Below are positions 50,918 to 61,980 of a stretch of 64,000 bases of DNA, piece after piece. The stretch is from an uncultured Verrucomicrobiae bacterium (GTDB lineage: Bacteria; Verrucomicrobiota; Verrucomicrobiia; Chthoniobacterales; UBA10450). How positions within the stretch are numbered: position 1 is the first letter of the stretch; the number at the start of each line of letters is the position of its first letter. Made by a program: the position numbers and the translations under genes. The stretch is from contig CAVYXA010000002.1 in assembly GCA_963772365.1 (NCBI GenBank), positions 1 to 64,000 on the forward strand, in the 5' to 3' direction. The notes beneath the pieces are model-generated. The model did no database searches, had not been told where the DNA came from, and saw nothing but the letters and a program-made list of their open reading frames with translations.

Positions 50918-53413
50918 ATGAAGATCAGCGATCGCATTGCGCAGATTATAACCCAGCGTCGTGGCACCGTTTGGCTGGGAATCATTGTCCTGGCCGCTGC
51001 TTGCCTTGGCATTCTGTTCACGCGTATCTCGCTTGATAGCGACGTGCTCAACATGCTGCCCTACGGTTTCCGCTCGGTCGATGGATTGAAAATTTATGAC
51101 CGGGCATTCGAACAAACGCGGGAGCTCACGTTTGCTTTGCAATGTCAGCCTCAGGATGTCGATAAACTGGAAGAGTTTGCGCCCATTTTCGCAGATCATT
51201 TGCGCAAACAACCGTGGTCGGTGCGCGTTCTGGCCGGTTCGCCGATGGAAACGCCAGATGGTCTTCGCGACCTCCACAGTATTGCGGTGCCGCTGCTGTT
51301 GAATCTTGAGCCGGCGGAGTTCGACAAGGCATTGTCGATCCTTCAGCCGGACAAAATGCGCGAACGCTTGCATCGCTTCCGGGAACAGATCGAGGCCGGT
51401 TCGCCGCGACCGCAATTCGAGCTCCAATTCGATCCGCTCGGATTGATTGGGCCAGCGCTCAAACCCTTTGCCGAGAGCAATCAGATTCAACAGGAACAGC
51501 CGCTGGCTTCAGCCGATCGCACGATGCGGGTTTTTCTGGTAGTGACGGATCAGGAATCGACCAGCGCGTTCGCCTGCCAGCGCTTGATGCGAGAAGTCAA
51601 CGAGTTTCGAAATCACGCGCGGGAAGGATGGGAAGGCGGGCCGTTGCAAGTGCTGGTTACGGGTCGCTCGGCTTACGTTGCAGAGATTTCGCTTAGCATG
51701 CGCCACGACATCGTCGCGACATTGATCGGATCGGTTGTGCTGGTCGGCATCATATTCTTCGCCGGGTTTGGCCGTTGGTTGCCGCTGCTCGGAATGGGTT
51801 TCTCCCTGTTGCTCTCGTGTCTCGTTGCTCTCGCCTTTGGTCTTCTGATTTTTGGCAGGCTCAACATGGTGACCGTCGGGTTTTCTGCCATTCTGGTTGG
51901 ACTGGGCGTCGATTTTGCCATTCTCCTGTTTGGCCGATATCAGCAGGCACGGACTGACGGCGATTCGCATCAGCAGGCGATCTCAACCGCAATTCAAAAA
52001 CTCGGGCGGGCGGTTTTTTTCGGAGCGCTCACAACAGCAGTTGGATTTCTGGCGCTAATCTTGAGCGGCTCAATTGGATTTTCGGAACTCGGTGTGCTGA
52101 TCGCGATTGGAATTCTCTTTGCCGGATTATTCATGTGCTCGATTCTCTTTTCCTTTATTCGCGCTGGCCAGGCACCGCTGCGACACGACTGGATTTTCAC
52201 TTGTGTGAAACGATATGTGGCCTGGAGTGTCAGGCGTCCGGCTACAATTCTGACCTGCGCGATCCTTGTATTCTCGATGCTCACGGTGTTCGGGTTTTCG
52301 CCGAAACCGGCGATCCGTTTCGATTCGAGCGCACGGTCACTCGAGCCGAAAAACAGCCGCGCCGCTCAGGCTTTGGCCGCGATCATGAGCAAGATGCCGG
52401 TGCGCTGGGAACCGGTGCTGGCTATCGTGCGTGCCCCCAATGCGCAAACGCTTCATGACGATTGGAAGAAAATCTCGGCCCACTGGCACGAACTGGAAGC
52501 CGCCGGCCAGATCCAAAATTTTTCCACACCGGCTGCATTGACGCTTTCGCCGGTGTCGATTTACCAAAATCGAGAACAATTGCGGACGATCGACTTCGAA
52601 AGCATTCGCCAGACGTTGGGACAGGTTCTCGATGCCGAGGGATTTAGTCGCGATTCGTTCTCAAGCGGCTTCCGATTGCTCGCTCAATTACAAGCGGTGG
52701 CGGCGAATCCGAGCACGCCGCTGCCGGACTGGCGTGACGAACTACCGAAGTCATCCAGCTGGTGGTTCTTAATCGATCGTTATTTTGCGGAAGATCCTTT
52801 GCTGACGGCGGGATTCGCCACGAGCAATCAGCCAATCAAGACTCATGCGCAATCTCTGGAGCTCAGCCGTGAACTGACGGTGCCAGGTGTGCCAATGATT
52901 CTGTCAGGGTGGAGTTATACTCTGGCTAATCTGTTGCCATGGTCGCAGCGCCAGTTGTTGATCGTGAGCGGCGCCATGGCGGTTTTTGAGGCATTGCTTC
53001 TGGCGATTCTCTATCGCGACTGGCGGCTTTGGGCCATTCAGGAGTTGACGCTCGTCTTCGGCGTCGGCGCGATGTTGGCCACGATGAAGTTGTTCAACCT
53101 GGAATTAAATTTGTTAAACGTGCTCGCTTTTCGACTCGTCCTCGCGATCGGGGTCGACTACGGCATTTATGTTCTGTTTGCCTGGCAAAAGGCGCACGAG
53201 ATCGAGCACGACGTCGCCGGGGTAGTGAAACCGGTTCTTCTTGCGGGATTGACGGCGGTGAGCGGCTTCGGTTCGCTGGTGCTGGCGAAAAATCCGTCCC
53301 TGAGCGGATTAGGCGTCGCCTGCGCCATCGGCATTTTCTGGAGTTTGGTAGCGACGATTTTCTTTACTCTTCCCGCCGCTGCTGCAGCCAGACCTAAGCG
53401 ATGGGAGGGTTAA
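50918..53413 (+). CDS. MMPL/RND-family exporter
   Basis: Two repeats with GLGVDF and AIGVDYGI, ALTTAVGF, AGLTAVSGFGSL. Confidence 0.85.
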   Translation: MKISDRIAQIITQRRGTVWLGIIVLAAACLGILFTRISLDSDVLNMLPYGFRSVDGLKIYDRAFEQTRELTFALQCQPQDVDKLEEFAPIFADHLRKQPWSVRVLAGSPMETPDGLRDLHSIAVPLLLNLEPAEFDKALSILQPDKMRERLHRFREQIEAGSPRPQFELQFDPLGLIGPALKPFAESNQIQQEQPLASADRTMRVFLVVTDQESTSAFACQRLMREVNEFRNHAREGWEGGPLQVLVTGRSAYVAEISLSMRHDIVATLIGSVVLVGIIFFAGFGRWLPLLGMGFSLLLSCLVALAFGLLIFGRLNMVTVGFSAILVGLGVDFAILLFGRYQQARTDGDSHQQAISTAIQKLGRAVFFGALTTAVGFLALILSGSIGFSELGVLIAIGILFAGLFMCSILFSFIRAGQAPLRHDWIFTCVKRYVAWSVRRPATILTCAILVFSMLTVFGFSPKPAIRFDSSARSLEPKNSRAAQALAAIMSKMPVRWEPVLAIVRAPNAQTLHDDWKKISAHWHELEAAGQIQNFSTPAALTLSPVSIYQNREQLRTIDFESIRQTLGQVLDAEGFSRDSFSSGFRLLAQLQAVAANPSTPLPDWRDELPKSSSWWFLIDRYFAEDPLLTAGFATSNQPIKTHAQSLELSRELTVPGVPMILSGWSYTLANLLPWSQRQLLIVSGAMAVFEALLLAILYRDWRLWAIQELTLVFGVGAMLATMKLFNLELNLLNVLAFRLVLAIGVDYGIYVLFAWQKAHEIEHDVAGVVKPVLLAGLTAVSGFGSLVLAKNPSLSGLGVACAIGIFWSLVATIFFTLPAAAAARPKRWEG

Positions 53414-53539
53414 GGGCATTTTCACGCTGCCAAAATCGAGCTTTCGCCTGGAAATGCTCACTTAACAGGTAGCTGCTCACGTAGCTGCTCGGGAGGATAG
53501 TGTTTGTTCATTGTCAGTTCGGGGAGGCGAATTTCACAA

Positions 53540-53640
53540 CCCTCACCTGGCGCTTCGCGTACGGCCTCCGACCCCGATTCCCAAGGTACCCGCGGCCTAT
53601 GTCCTCCTCTCCTGCCAGGGAGAGGATTGAGGTGAGGGTC
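53540..53640. repeat. CCCTCACC...GGTGAGGG REP-like element; relatives at about 12310-12346 and 26311-26366
   Basis: Shared CCTCTCC...GGAGAGGAYTGAGGTGAGGG. Confidence 0.75.
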
Positions 53641-53756
53641 TCCTTCCAACTGACAAGCCGGCAAACTACCCTCTAGCGCCTTCCTGCGAAAAAAAGCTTG
53701 ACCTTTTCACCAGGATTTATCAAAACAACAGCACTAAACCTCAAAAAAGGAGAACT

Positions 53757-54428
53757 ATGAGCCCACACAATCGACCTCTCACTTCATGCATGGCTGTAGC
53801 GGCTGCTGTTTTACTGTTTGCGTCCAGCAGCTTTGCCGACACTGTCTACAACAACTTTACTGGATATAGCGATTTCTGGCATCCGTTCGGAAATCCCGAT
53901 ACGGCCACCTACGGCGAGCTCTTCACATCGCCGAACAATGGCGACAACAATTTGGCAAGCTTTTCGTTCTACATGGGAAGCCCCGCTTTGACCGGAAACA
54001 TCATCACCGGCGCGTACATCGCGACTTGGACGGGTACCATGGCTGGCACTTTGTTGTACTCTTCCAGTGCGATTGACTATGACAATCTCGGCAATGAGCA
54101 GATCACCGTTAACACCGGTGGACTCGCGCTCACCGCGAACACGCAGTACGTAATGTTTCTGAGCGTCTCGAATTACTACGGGCAGTCCGCGGGCCAGGCT
54201 TACGTGTCGCAGGGTACATCCATCCCCGGTCTGAATGGCTTCGTTTACTTCAATAATGAAGGGAATTTCGCCGAGCTCTTCACCAACCCGTGGAACGGGC
54301 CGCTGGCACCAGACTGGGCCGTTGATCTGCACTTCAATGCTGTCCCGGAGCCGGCATCGGCTTCTCTGATCCTTCTGGGAATGGGCGTTCTCGGCGGCAT
54401 TGGCATTTTGCGCCGCAAGCGATCCTAA
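53757..54428 (+). CDS. PEP-CTERM exosortase substrate
   Basis: Signal peptide; C-terminal VPEP, TM helix, RRKRS. Confidence 0.9.
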   Translation: MSPHNRPLTSCMAVAAAVLLFASSSFADTVYNNFTGYSDFWHPFGNPDTATYGELFTSPNNGDNNLASFSFYMGSPALTGNIITGAYIATWTGTMAGTLLYSSSAIDYDNLGNEQITVNTGGLALTANTQYVMFLSVSNYYGQSAGQAYVSQGTSIPGLNGFVYFNNEGNFAELFTNPWNGPLAPDWAVDLHFNAVPEPASASLILLGMGVLGGIGILRRKRS

Positions 54429-54444
54429 ATATCATTATTCACAA

Positions 54445-54480
54445 CAAACGCCGGAGCGAGTAGCTCCGGCGTTTTTGTTT
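54445..54480 (+). terminator. Intrinsic terminator; near-identical copy at about 55052-55085
   Basis: AAACGCCGGAGC-GAGTA-GCTCCGGCGTTTTTGTTT. Confidence 0.8.
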
Positions 54481-54630
54481 GCACGCGCGGTTCGGTTCGG
54501 TTCGGTTCGTAGTCCCGGCCTATGTTTGATGGCGCTCTGGCCCACGTTCGCTTGCATTCCAAAGGGCGCTTGTCAGGTTGGTGTACGACGGCAAGTTATC
54601 GCAGAAAAACGAAAAACGGAGAAGGACCTG

Positions 54631-54996
54631 ATGAGAAAGTCACTAAGAGTAGTCAGCATCTGCGCCCTTGCGCTAAATCTGAGCATCGTCGGTCTTCAGG
54701 CAGGGAATGGCAATGAGAATCGTCGAGCTAGAAAAAAGCACTGGGTGCAGACCAAGGAACAAAAGGAAAATAAAGCGGACACCGAAGCTAGCGGGCAATC
54801 CTCTGCGAAGCCGCGACCGGGCCATACGTTTGGTCATGCCCGGCGAAAAAAACACTCCAAGCTCAGGACCAAAACACACGCCGAGGATGCCGACCCTGAC
54901 GCACTACCGAGCAATTCTGCTTCCAACAAAGTCAAAGGAAAAGAATCAGACTCAACAAAAGCGAAACCCAAAGCCTCAGCAACCCCCTATCCATAA
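54631..54996 (+). CDS. Secreted Lys-rich low-complexity hypothetical protein
   Basis: Signal peptide; followed by a terminator. Confidence 0.55.
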   Translation: MRKSLRVVSICALALNLSIVGLQAGNGNENRRARKKHWVQTKEQKENKADTEASGQSSAKPRPGHTFGHARRKKHSKLRTKTHAEDADPDALPSNSASNKVKGKESDSTKAKPKASATPYP

Positions 54997-55122
54997 TTTT
55001 ACATGCAGGCCTTGCGCCGCCAGCGATCCTGAACGTTCACGATTTGTGACGAACGCCGGAGCGACTAGCTCCAGCGTTTTTGTTTGCAGGCACGGTTTCG
55101 ATGATTTCCGTTTTCCCGAACG

Positions 55123-55465
55123 TCATCGTCCTTCAATGTGAAACCGATGCAATAGCCGATGTGCGAACGGCGCGACAATGAGGGATGCGATCCCGATGAA
55201 AGCCAGCCCGGAAAACAGCGCGTAGCAAGAAGCAAAAATTTTCGCCGCGGCCGAATGCAGAGGATCGACAGGTCCCATCCCGCCCAGAATCATTGAGGCA
55301 TTGAGAAGTGCATCGACCCATCCTCAGCTTGCCGAGAAAATGATAACCGAGCACGCCAATGCCCAGGGCGAACGCCACCAAAGTCAGCGCCACTGCCAGG
55401 TGCCGCGCCACGCGCCTGGCAAACTTCGCCCGGCTCAACAACGGATGATTGCGCCGCTCATACAT
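55123..55465 (-). CDS. Small two-TM ion-channel-like membrane protein, with a 1-nt frameshift near 55322
   Basis: IGVLGYH, then shifted WVDALLNASMILGGMGPV...AKIFASCYALFSG. Confidence 0.68.
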
Positions 55466-55472
55466 TTAGGGA

Positions 55473-55676
55473 CTAAATTTTAAAGCGGAGTGCAGCGCCC
55501 GCTTCAAAGTCCTCGTCGGCCTGTTTGGCAAGATGATCAAGCTTACCCGCAGCGACGTCAGCTTCGAATTTGCGATCCCAGGCCTCGGCGACAAACTCCT
55601 CAAACCATTTTGTAAAAGCCGCAAGTTGATCGCTGGGCAAGCGTTCAACCGCGGATTCAATCTCCCGGACGCTCAT
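55473..55676 (-). CDS. Small antitoxin-like protein, no adjacent toxin
   Basis: MSVREIESAVERLP...WFEEF...WDRKFEADVAAGKLD. Confidence 0.65.
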   Translation of the reverse strand: MSVREIESAVERLPSDQLAAFTKWFEEFVAEAWDRKFEADVAAGKLDHLAKQADEDFEAGAALRFKI

Positions 55677-55709
55677 GCCTTAATTCTGTATCACCACTTG
55701 CTTCAGCGC

Positions 55710-55747
55710 AAAAGCAAAACAGCCGACCCCTTTTCGAGCTCGGCTGT
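55710..55747 (-). terminator. Terminator downstream of the displaced groEL 3' end
   Basis: Stem ACAGCCGA/TCGGCTGT followed by TTTTGCTTTT on the minus strand. Confidence 0.65.
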
Positions 55748-56109
55748 GTGTTAACTCGCGAAAGCTTTCGGAGTTAATCGTTGTTTCGATTTCGGCTTAA
55801 TAATCCATGCCGCCCATGGCGGCCCAATCTCCCAGCCTAAATCCAAGAAAAACGACCGACTCCTTTCTGCCTTTCTTCGCTGTCAAGATTTGATGCCTGA
55901 CCCCAATCTCCCAATCAGATTTGATGCCTGACCCCAATCTCCCATCCTGGTAAGTGACGAATAATTTCGAACTAACGTCTCAGGCAAACTGGGAGTAACA
56001 GGGGCGCGGTTAAACTGAAAATGCTACCGGGGAAATCTCCACCGCGGCGAGCACGAGCAGGCGTGTTTCATAGGCTCGACTTTTGAGCGGCTCCGCAAAT
56101 GTTAAGTGT

Positions 56110-56277
56110 TTAGATCTGACTCCGCTCTGGATTTCCGAGTGACGCCATAAGTTCGGCGCGCTCGGCTTCAGTCAAAGCATCCAGACCACATCGTCGCGCA
56201 AGCTATCGCGATTCCAATGCCTCCCGTTCCGCCGGCGGGAGCGCTTCCATCGCTCGTTCGATTTGGTCAACGCTCAT
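56110..56277 (-). pseudogene. Degraded antitoxin-like small gene
   Basis: MSVDQIERAMEALPPAEREALESR*LARR; in-frame TAG at 56203-56205. Confidence 0.5.
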
Positions 56278-56567
56278 GTTCTCGATCCTGATTCGATGCC
56301 GCGACTTCGGCAATCAGGAATCCGCGCGGGAGCTGCGATCGGTTTCCTTGACCGTGCAAATGTTGAATTGCCTGCTCGCGAATGCTTCGGAGTTTAGACC
56401 CGACCCCGTTTTCCCCGTTCCGACTACGGCGGCCCAACGTCCCAGCCTAAATACAAGAAAAAAGCACCGACCCTTTCTTCCCTCTTTTCCCCTGCTTTCC
56501 CCATCAGTCATTTTTTTCTTGCAGCGGCCTGCTTGGCGCGCGCATGATGCGCCTTTCCTCCGCAAAT

Positions 56568-57002
56568 ATGGCCAGACTCGTCGAACGCCGACAGAAACCC
56601 GCATCCGACGCGGCTGATTTGTCGGCACGCAAACAGAACGGTTTAAACGAGTGGGGAGAGCGGGTCGCCAAGTACATCCCTGCGGAAATTCTCACATTCT
56701 ACACCGCCGCCGTAAGTCTAATTGCTGCATACGACCTCACAGCCCAAGCGACGAAACGATTGTGGTTATTCGCCGTAGCTGGTTTGGTCTTTTGGCTGCT
56801 GACCCCATTTTGGCTCGGCCGATTCTCAAAAGATAAAAGCGTGAAGATAACGAACCAAATTGTTGGATTCATCGCATTCGGATTATGGGCATATGCTTTT
56901 CCGGCTGGGTGGTTTAAAGACATGGGATTATATGACCCGATTCTCGCAGGTGTTCTTTTAATCCTGTTCGCGGGTGTCAGCGGATTCATTACGCCTAAGT
57001 AA
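56568..57002 (+). CDS. Four-TM membrane protein of unknown function
   Basis: Charged N-terminal tail, then VAKYIPAE and four hydrophobic helices; start could be 56544. Confidence 0.75.
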   Translation: MARLVERRQKPASDAADLSARKQNGLNEWGERVAKYIPAEILTFYTAAVSLIAAYDLTAQATKRLWLFAVAGLVFWLLTPFWLGRFSKDKSVKITNQIVGFIAFGLWAYAFPAGWFKDMGLYDPILAGVLLILFAGVSGFITPK

Positions 57003-57011
57003 GGCAAGGGC

Positions 57012-58196
57012 ATGCGAGCGCTCTTCAGCTTCAGCGAGCGCGGGGAAGTTCGTGACTTAGTCGGAAGTGCGACTGAGTTTCGATCCGTACAGGGTATTGT
57101 TGTAGACTATGATCCCTTTTGGCTAACACTGTGGTCGCTCCGTAGCAAATACGGAGATTCAGCCGTCGACGAACTCAGCCGGCGATTGTTCGATTGGTTG
57201 CATTTCTTTGGGCCAGGTAATTGGCCAATGTTTATTCCGTCCTTTGTTCAAGGTCTCGAAGAAATTGGAGAGGTCGAACCGCCGGATCCAAAGTGGATAC
57301 CGAAGCACTGGTTTGAACTCCAACATCTCCTTCGAGTCGGCGCACCGTCGAAAGAGCCATTCATCGTAAAGATTTGCCTGCTACCGTGGCAGCCGGAAGA
57401 GCGCTTACCCCAGCTGGGAGAGTATCCGTTTCCAGTTCTGAAAGAGCGTCGAGGGATTGCTGAGCTAGCTTTTCCGATGCGAGCCCACCGGCCCGTGATT
57501 GGCGGAATTAGCATCGGCACAAACTCCACCGATTCAGGAACGCTCGGCGGTATCGTTGAAGATCAGAACAAGAAACGATGGGGCGTGACATGTGCACACG
57601 TCGTCGGTGGTACATGCTCTGTTGAGCAGCCAGCTCAGAGCGATAACGGCAGAGCCGCATCAACCGTCGGCAAAGCGCAACTAATTAGCCGCCTCAACGC
57701 TTCGACTCGCAGTACGCCTTGCAATCCGTACAACAAGGGAGCGGTATTAAATTCTGTTGATGCCGCCTTAATCGAATTTGATCAGGGCACAACTACCTCG
57801 CTTCAGATCTTAAATCAACCCAAGCTCGTGGGCGTAAGGTCGCGCCAAGATATCAATCCTGGTGATTTAGTGGATGTCGCGGGAAAGCAATCCGGTTCGC
57901 GATTGCTGCAAGTGGGGGGACTGGGCGTTACGTACAGGATGCGAGATTCTGCGAATAATTTTTTCTGTTTTCACCACTTGTTTGAACTCAAGTGGCCACG
58001 CTGGTGGCGGGTTATCGCGAGTCGACCGGTACAAAAAGGTGATTCGGGCGCCTGGGTAATCACGTCCGGCGTAAATGGAAGCGAGTGGGCCGGAATAGCA
58101 ATCGCGGGAGATCGTTTGATTGGCTATGCAACATTTGCAGAAGAAGTGATCGATTGGGCGCGAGCCGATCACAAACTCGATTTGGTCATTGTCTGA
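57012..58196 (+). CDS. Trypsin-like (S1/PA clan) serine protease with an unknown N-terminal region and no signal peptide
   Basis: GTLGG, TCAHVV (His), DAALIE (Asp), GDSGA (Ser). Confidence 0.82.
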   Translation: MRALFSFSERGEVRDLVGSATEFRSVQGIVVDYDPFWLTLWSLRSKYGDSAVDELSRRLFDWLHFFGPGNWPMFIPSFVQGLEEIGEVEPPDPKWIPKHWFELQHLLRVGAPSKEPFIVKICLLPWQPEERLPQLGEYPFPVLKERRGIAELAFPMRAHRPVIGGISIGTNSTDSGTLGGIVEDQNKKRWGVTCAHVVGGTCSVEQPAQSDNGRAASTVGKAQLISRLNASTRSTPCNPYNKGAVLNSVDAALIEFDQGTTTSLQILNQPKLVGVRSRQDINPGDLVDVAGKQSGSRLLQVGGLGVTYRMRDSANNFFCFHHLFELKWPRWWRVIASRPVQKGDSGAWVITSGVNGSEWAGIAIAGDRLIGYATFAEEVIDWARADHKLDLVIV

Positions 58197-58330
58197 GCCG
58201 TACAGCAAAAACAGCTCAGCTCTCGCCAGATCGACTGCTTGTTAATTGTTATTCGGCTTTGGATAAGGATGTCCAAAATCTATGCCGTTCACTCCGCGAT
58301 CCGCATTAGACAGTGATAACTTGATAAGGA

Positions 58331-58901
58331 CTACCCAGTTTGTCGAATCCAATCGCGAATATTCATCCCGATTCTCTCAACGTCTTCCTTGGCCAACACG
58401 CCGCCATGCATCACGATGTTGCGCGATTTTTCGAGAGTATTGAGTACCGGCTTTTGACCATTCCAAATCGGCAAGAACGCTCTCGAATACCGCCCAATTC
58501 GTGACAATGATCGACGAGAGATCGCCGAAGTCGCAATAATTAATCTCAGATTGCCCACGGCTACCATGCCACCGGAATTTTGCTTCTTCTTCCATTCGCG
58601 TTGCCGCTTTCTTCTGGATCTTATCAGGAACTTTAGTCCACCACGTTTCCGTATGTTCCTCTGCCATTGCTTTGCTCACCAAGGTGCGCACCATATTCTC
58701 AAACGAATGAATCGCTGTGTAGACGATTGACATTCGCTGGGCATCCACGAGCGCGTCCGGGTGAAGCATTTCAAACGAAAGCGATCGACGCAAAATTCCC
58801 GCCTCCTCGCTTCCGAAGTGTTTCCGCCGTTGTCGCCCAATTCGATCGAGAGTTTCGTCCGTTAAAACTCCGCGGTAGATAAAAGAATAGAGATCGACCA
58901 T
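58331..58901 (-). CDS. Swt1-like HEPN-domain protein, with a 1-nt frameshift near 58452
   Basis: FENMVR...WW...DFGDLSSII..NW..F; RNIVMH (RxxxxH) in the shifted frame. Confidence 0.75.
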
Positions 58902-59536
58902 TAGCCTAAATGTTGTCTCAGGCTCCTGAAAATTGCGTCGTAGACGCCTTGATCTCTGCTCTCAGGCAAAACGATGTTCACATGGTACTGCAAAGAACCT
59001 ACCGATACCTTGCCAAGGGGTTGATTGAGCTCCGGCTTATCACTGGCTGATTCGGTAAATTGTTCGATCTTACTTTCCGCTGCCGATTCAGCTGTTGCAG
59101 GAACCGTCGCGCCTTCGAAGTCGGCTTGCTGACATAACGCAACAAATGTTCGCGCGATCAACGAGATCACGCTGTCCTTCTTCTTGCCCGCATATAGAGT
59201 CCTCAATTTATTCCTAACCTCGGTCGGGCTGAGTTTGTGCGCCTGCCGATTAACCGTGAACAAGTCAGAAAACGCTTCTTTGATTGCTTCCGCCAGGACT
59301 TGCTCAGACCGAGAAGTATCAAGGAATTCGTAATACCTTTTCTGAGGAACGCCATCCGCGTCGATGAATTTCAGATCCTTGAGAACGCCGATCAAAAGTC
59401 GGTCGTTTGTCGAAGTGAATCCCAGTCCCTCAAGGAATTTATAAGAGAACCGAGGAGGAGCATCAGCGTTTTGAATGGCGGCGAAATATGCCGGGATAGC
59501 ACCCGGCTTTAGTGTGTAGCTGTCAGGTAGGCTCAT
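58901..59536 (-). CDS. DUF5343-like protein
   Basis: APPRFSYKFLEGLGFTSTNDR...LKDLKFIDADGVP; C-terminal YHVNIVLPESRDQGVYDAIF; TAATG coupling to the HEPN gene. Confidence 0.72.
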   Translation of the reverse strand: MSLPDSYTLKPGAIPAYFAAIQNADAPPRFSYKFLEGLGFTSTNDRLLIGVLKDLKFIDADGVPQKRYYEFLDTSRSEQVLAEAIKEAFSDLFTVNRQAHKLSPTEVRNKLRTLYAGKKKDSVISLIARTFVALCQQADFEGATVPATAESAAESKIEQFTESASDKPELNQPLGKVSVGSLQYHVNIVLPESRDQGVYDAIFRSLRQHLG

Positions 59537-59540
59537 AAGA

Positions 59541-59576
59541 AGAAAATCGCCGGACCTCTTTCGAAGTCCGGCGATT
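59541..59576 (-). terminator. Terminator-like hairpin after groEL
   Basis: Stem AATCGCCGGAC/GTCCGGCGATT followed by TTCTTCTT on the minus strand. Confidence 0.7.
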
Positions 59577-59599
59577 CATAATTCATTTGTGGTTTGCCC

Positions 59600-61238
<1,639 letters not shown>

Positions 61239-61336
61239 TTATTTAGGTTAAATGGTTACATCGCTACATCGGAAGTCAGGCATCTTGCCTGACTCGGCCG
61301 ACAGGCTTCTAGCCTGTCTGATCTCAACCTGAATCC

Positions 61337-61633
61337 TTATCCAATGATGCCGAGGATGTCGTCCTCGCGCATGATCAGGTAATTGTCGTCACCGATCTTG
61401 ATTTCGGTGCCGCCGTATTTGCTGATCAGCACGCGGTCGCCTTTCTTTACGGTGAAATCGACTTTCTTTCCGTTGTCGTCGACTTTGCCGGTGCCGAGAG
61501 CGACTACTTTCCCCTCTTGTGGTTTTTCCTTGGCGGTATCGGGGATGATGATTCCGCCTTTTTTGGTTTCCTGCTCTTCGAGCGGCTGCACCAGCACCCG
61601 ATCGCCGAGCGGTCTTACGTTAACGTTTGCCAT
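61337..61633 (-). CDS. groS: Co-chaperonin GroES
   Basis: [23 protein letters not shown]. Confidence 0.96.
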   Translation of the reverse strand: MANVNVRPLGDRVLVQPLEEQETKKGGIIIPDTAKEKPQEGKVVALGTGKVDDNGKKVDFTVKKGDRVLISKYGGTEIKIGDDNYLIMREDDILGIIG

Positions 61634-61980
61634 AAGTTGTCTGAATTACTCCTTATTGGGTTGTATTGTTTCTTTTGGTTGAGCCGGCGACTGTCGATGT
61701 TGCGACCGCCACCGGCAAATTGTTTCGGTTAATATAATTTCTGCGACTCGTCTGGGGAGCGCACGCTTGTAGCGTGCTGGTTGCCGCATTCTGCGGCGAC
61801 GAACTTCCCTTCGACTCATTCACGAGATCCGATTGTTGATTCAACGAAAAAGTTCGTGATCGCAGAATGCGATCATCAGCACTCAGAATGAGTGCGCTCC
61901 CCGAAATTCCGGGGCCGCACTTTCCATAATACGCTGACTTGTTCGCCCGATTCACGATTCTCGAATCACGATTCACGGAT

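Noticed and set aside
61634..61980. CIRCE operator or structured ncRNA between dnaK and groES
   Set aside because: No TTAGCACTC-N9-GAGTGCTAA; the palindrome matches the MITE-like family also seen near 31912
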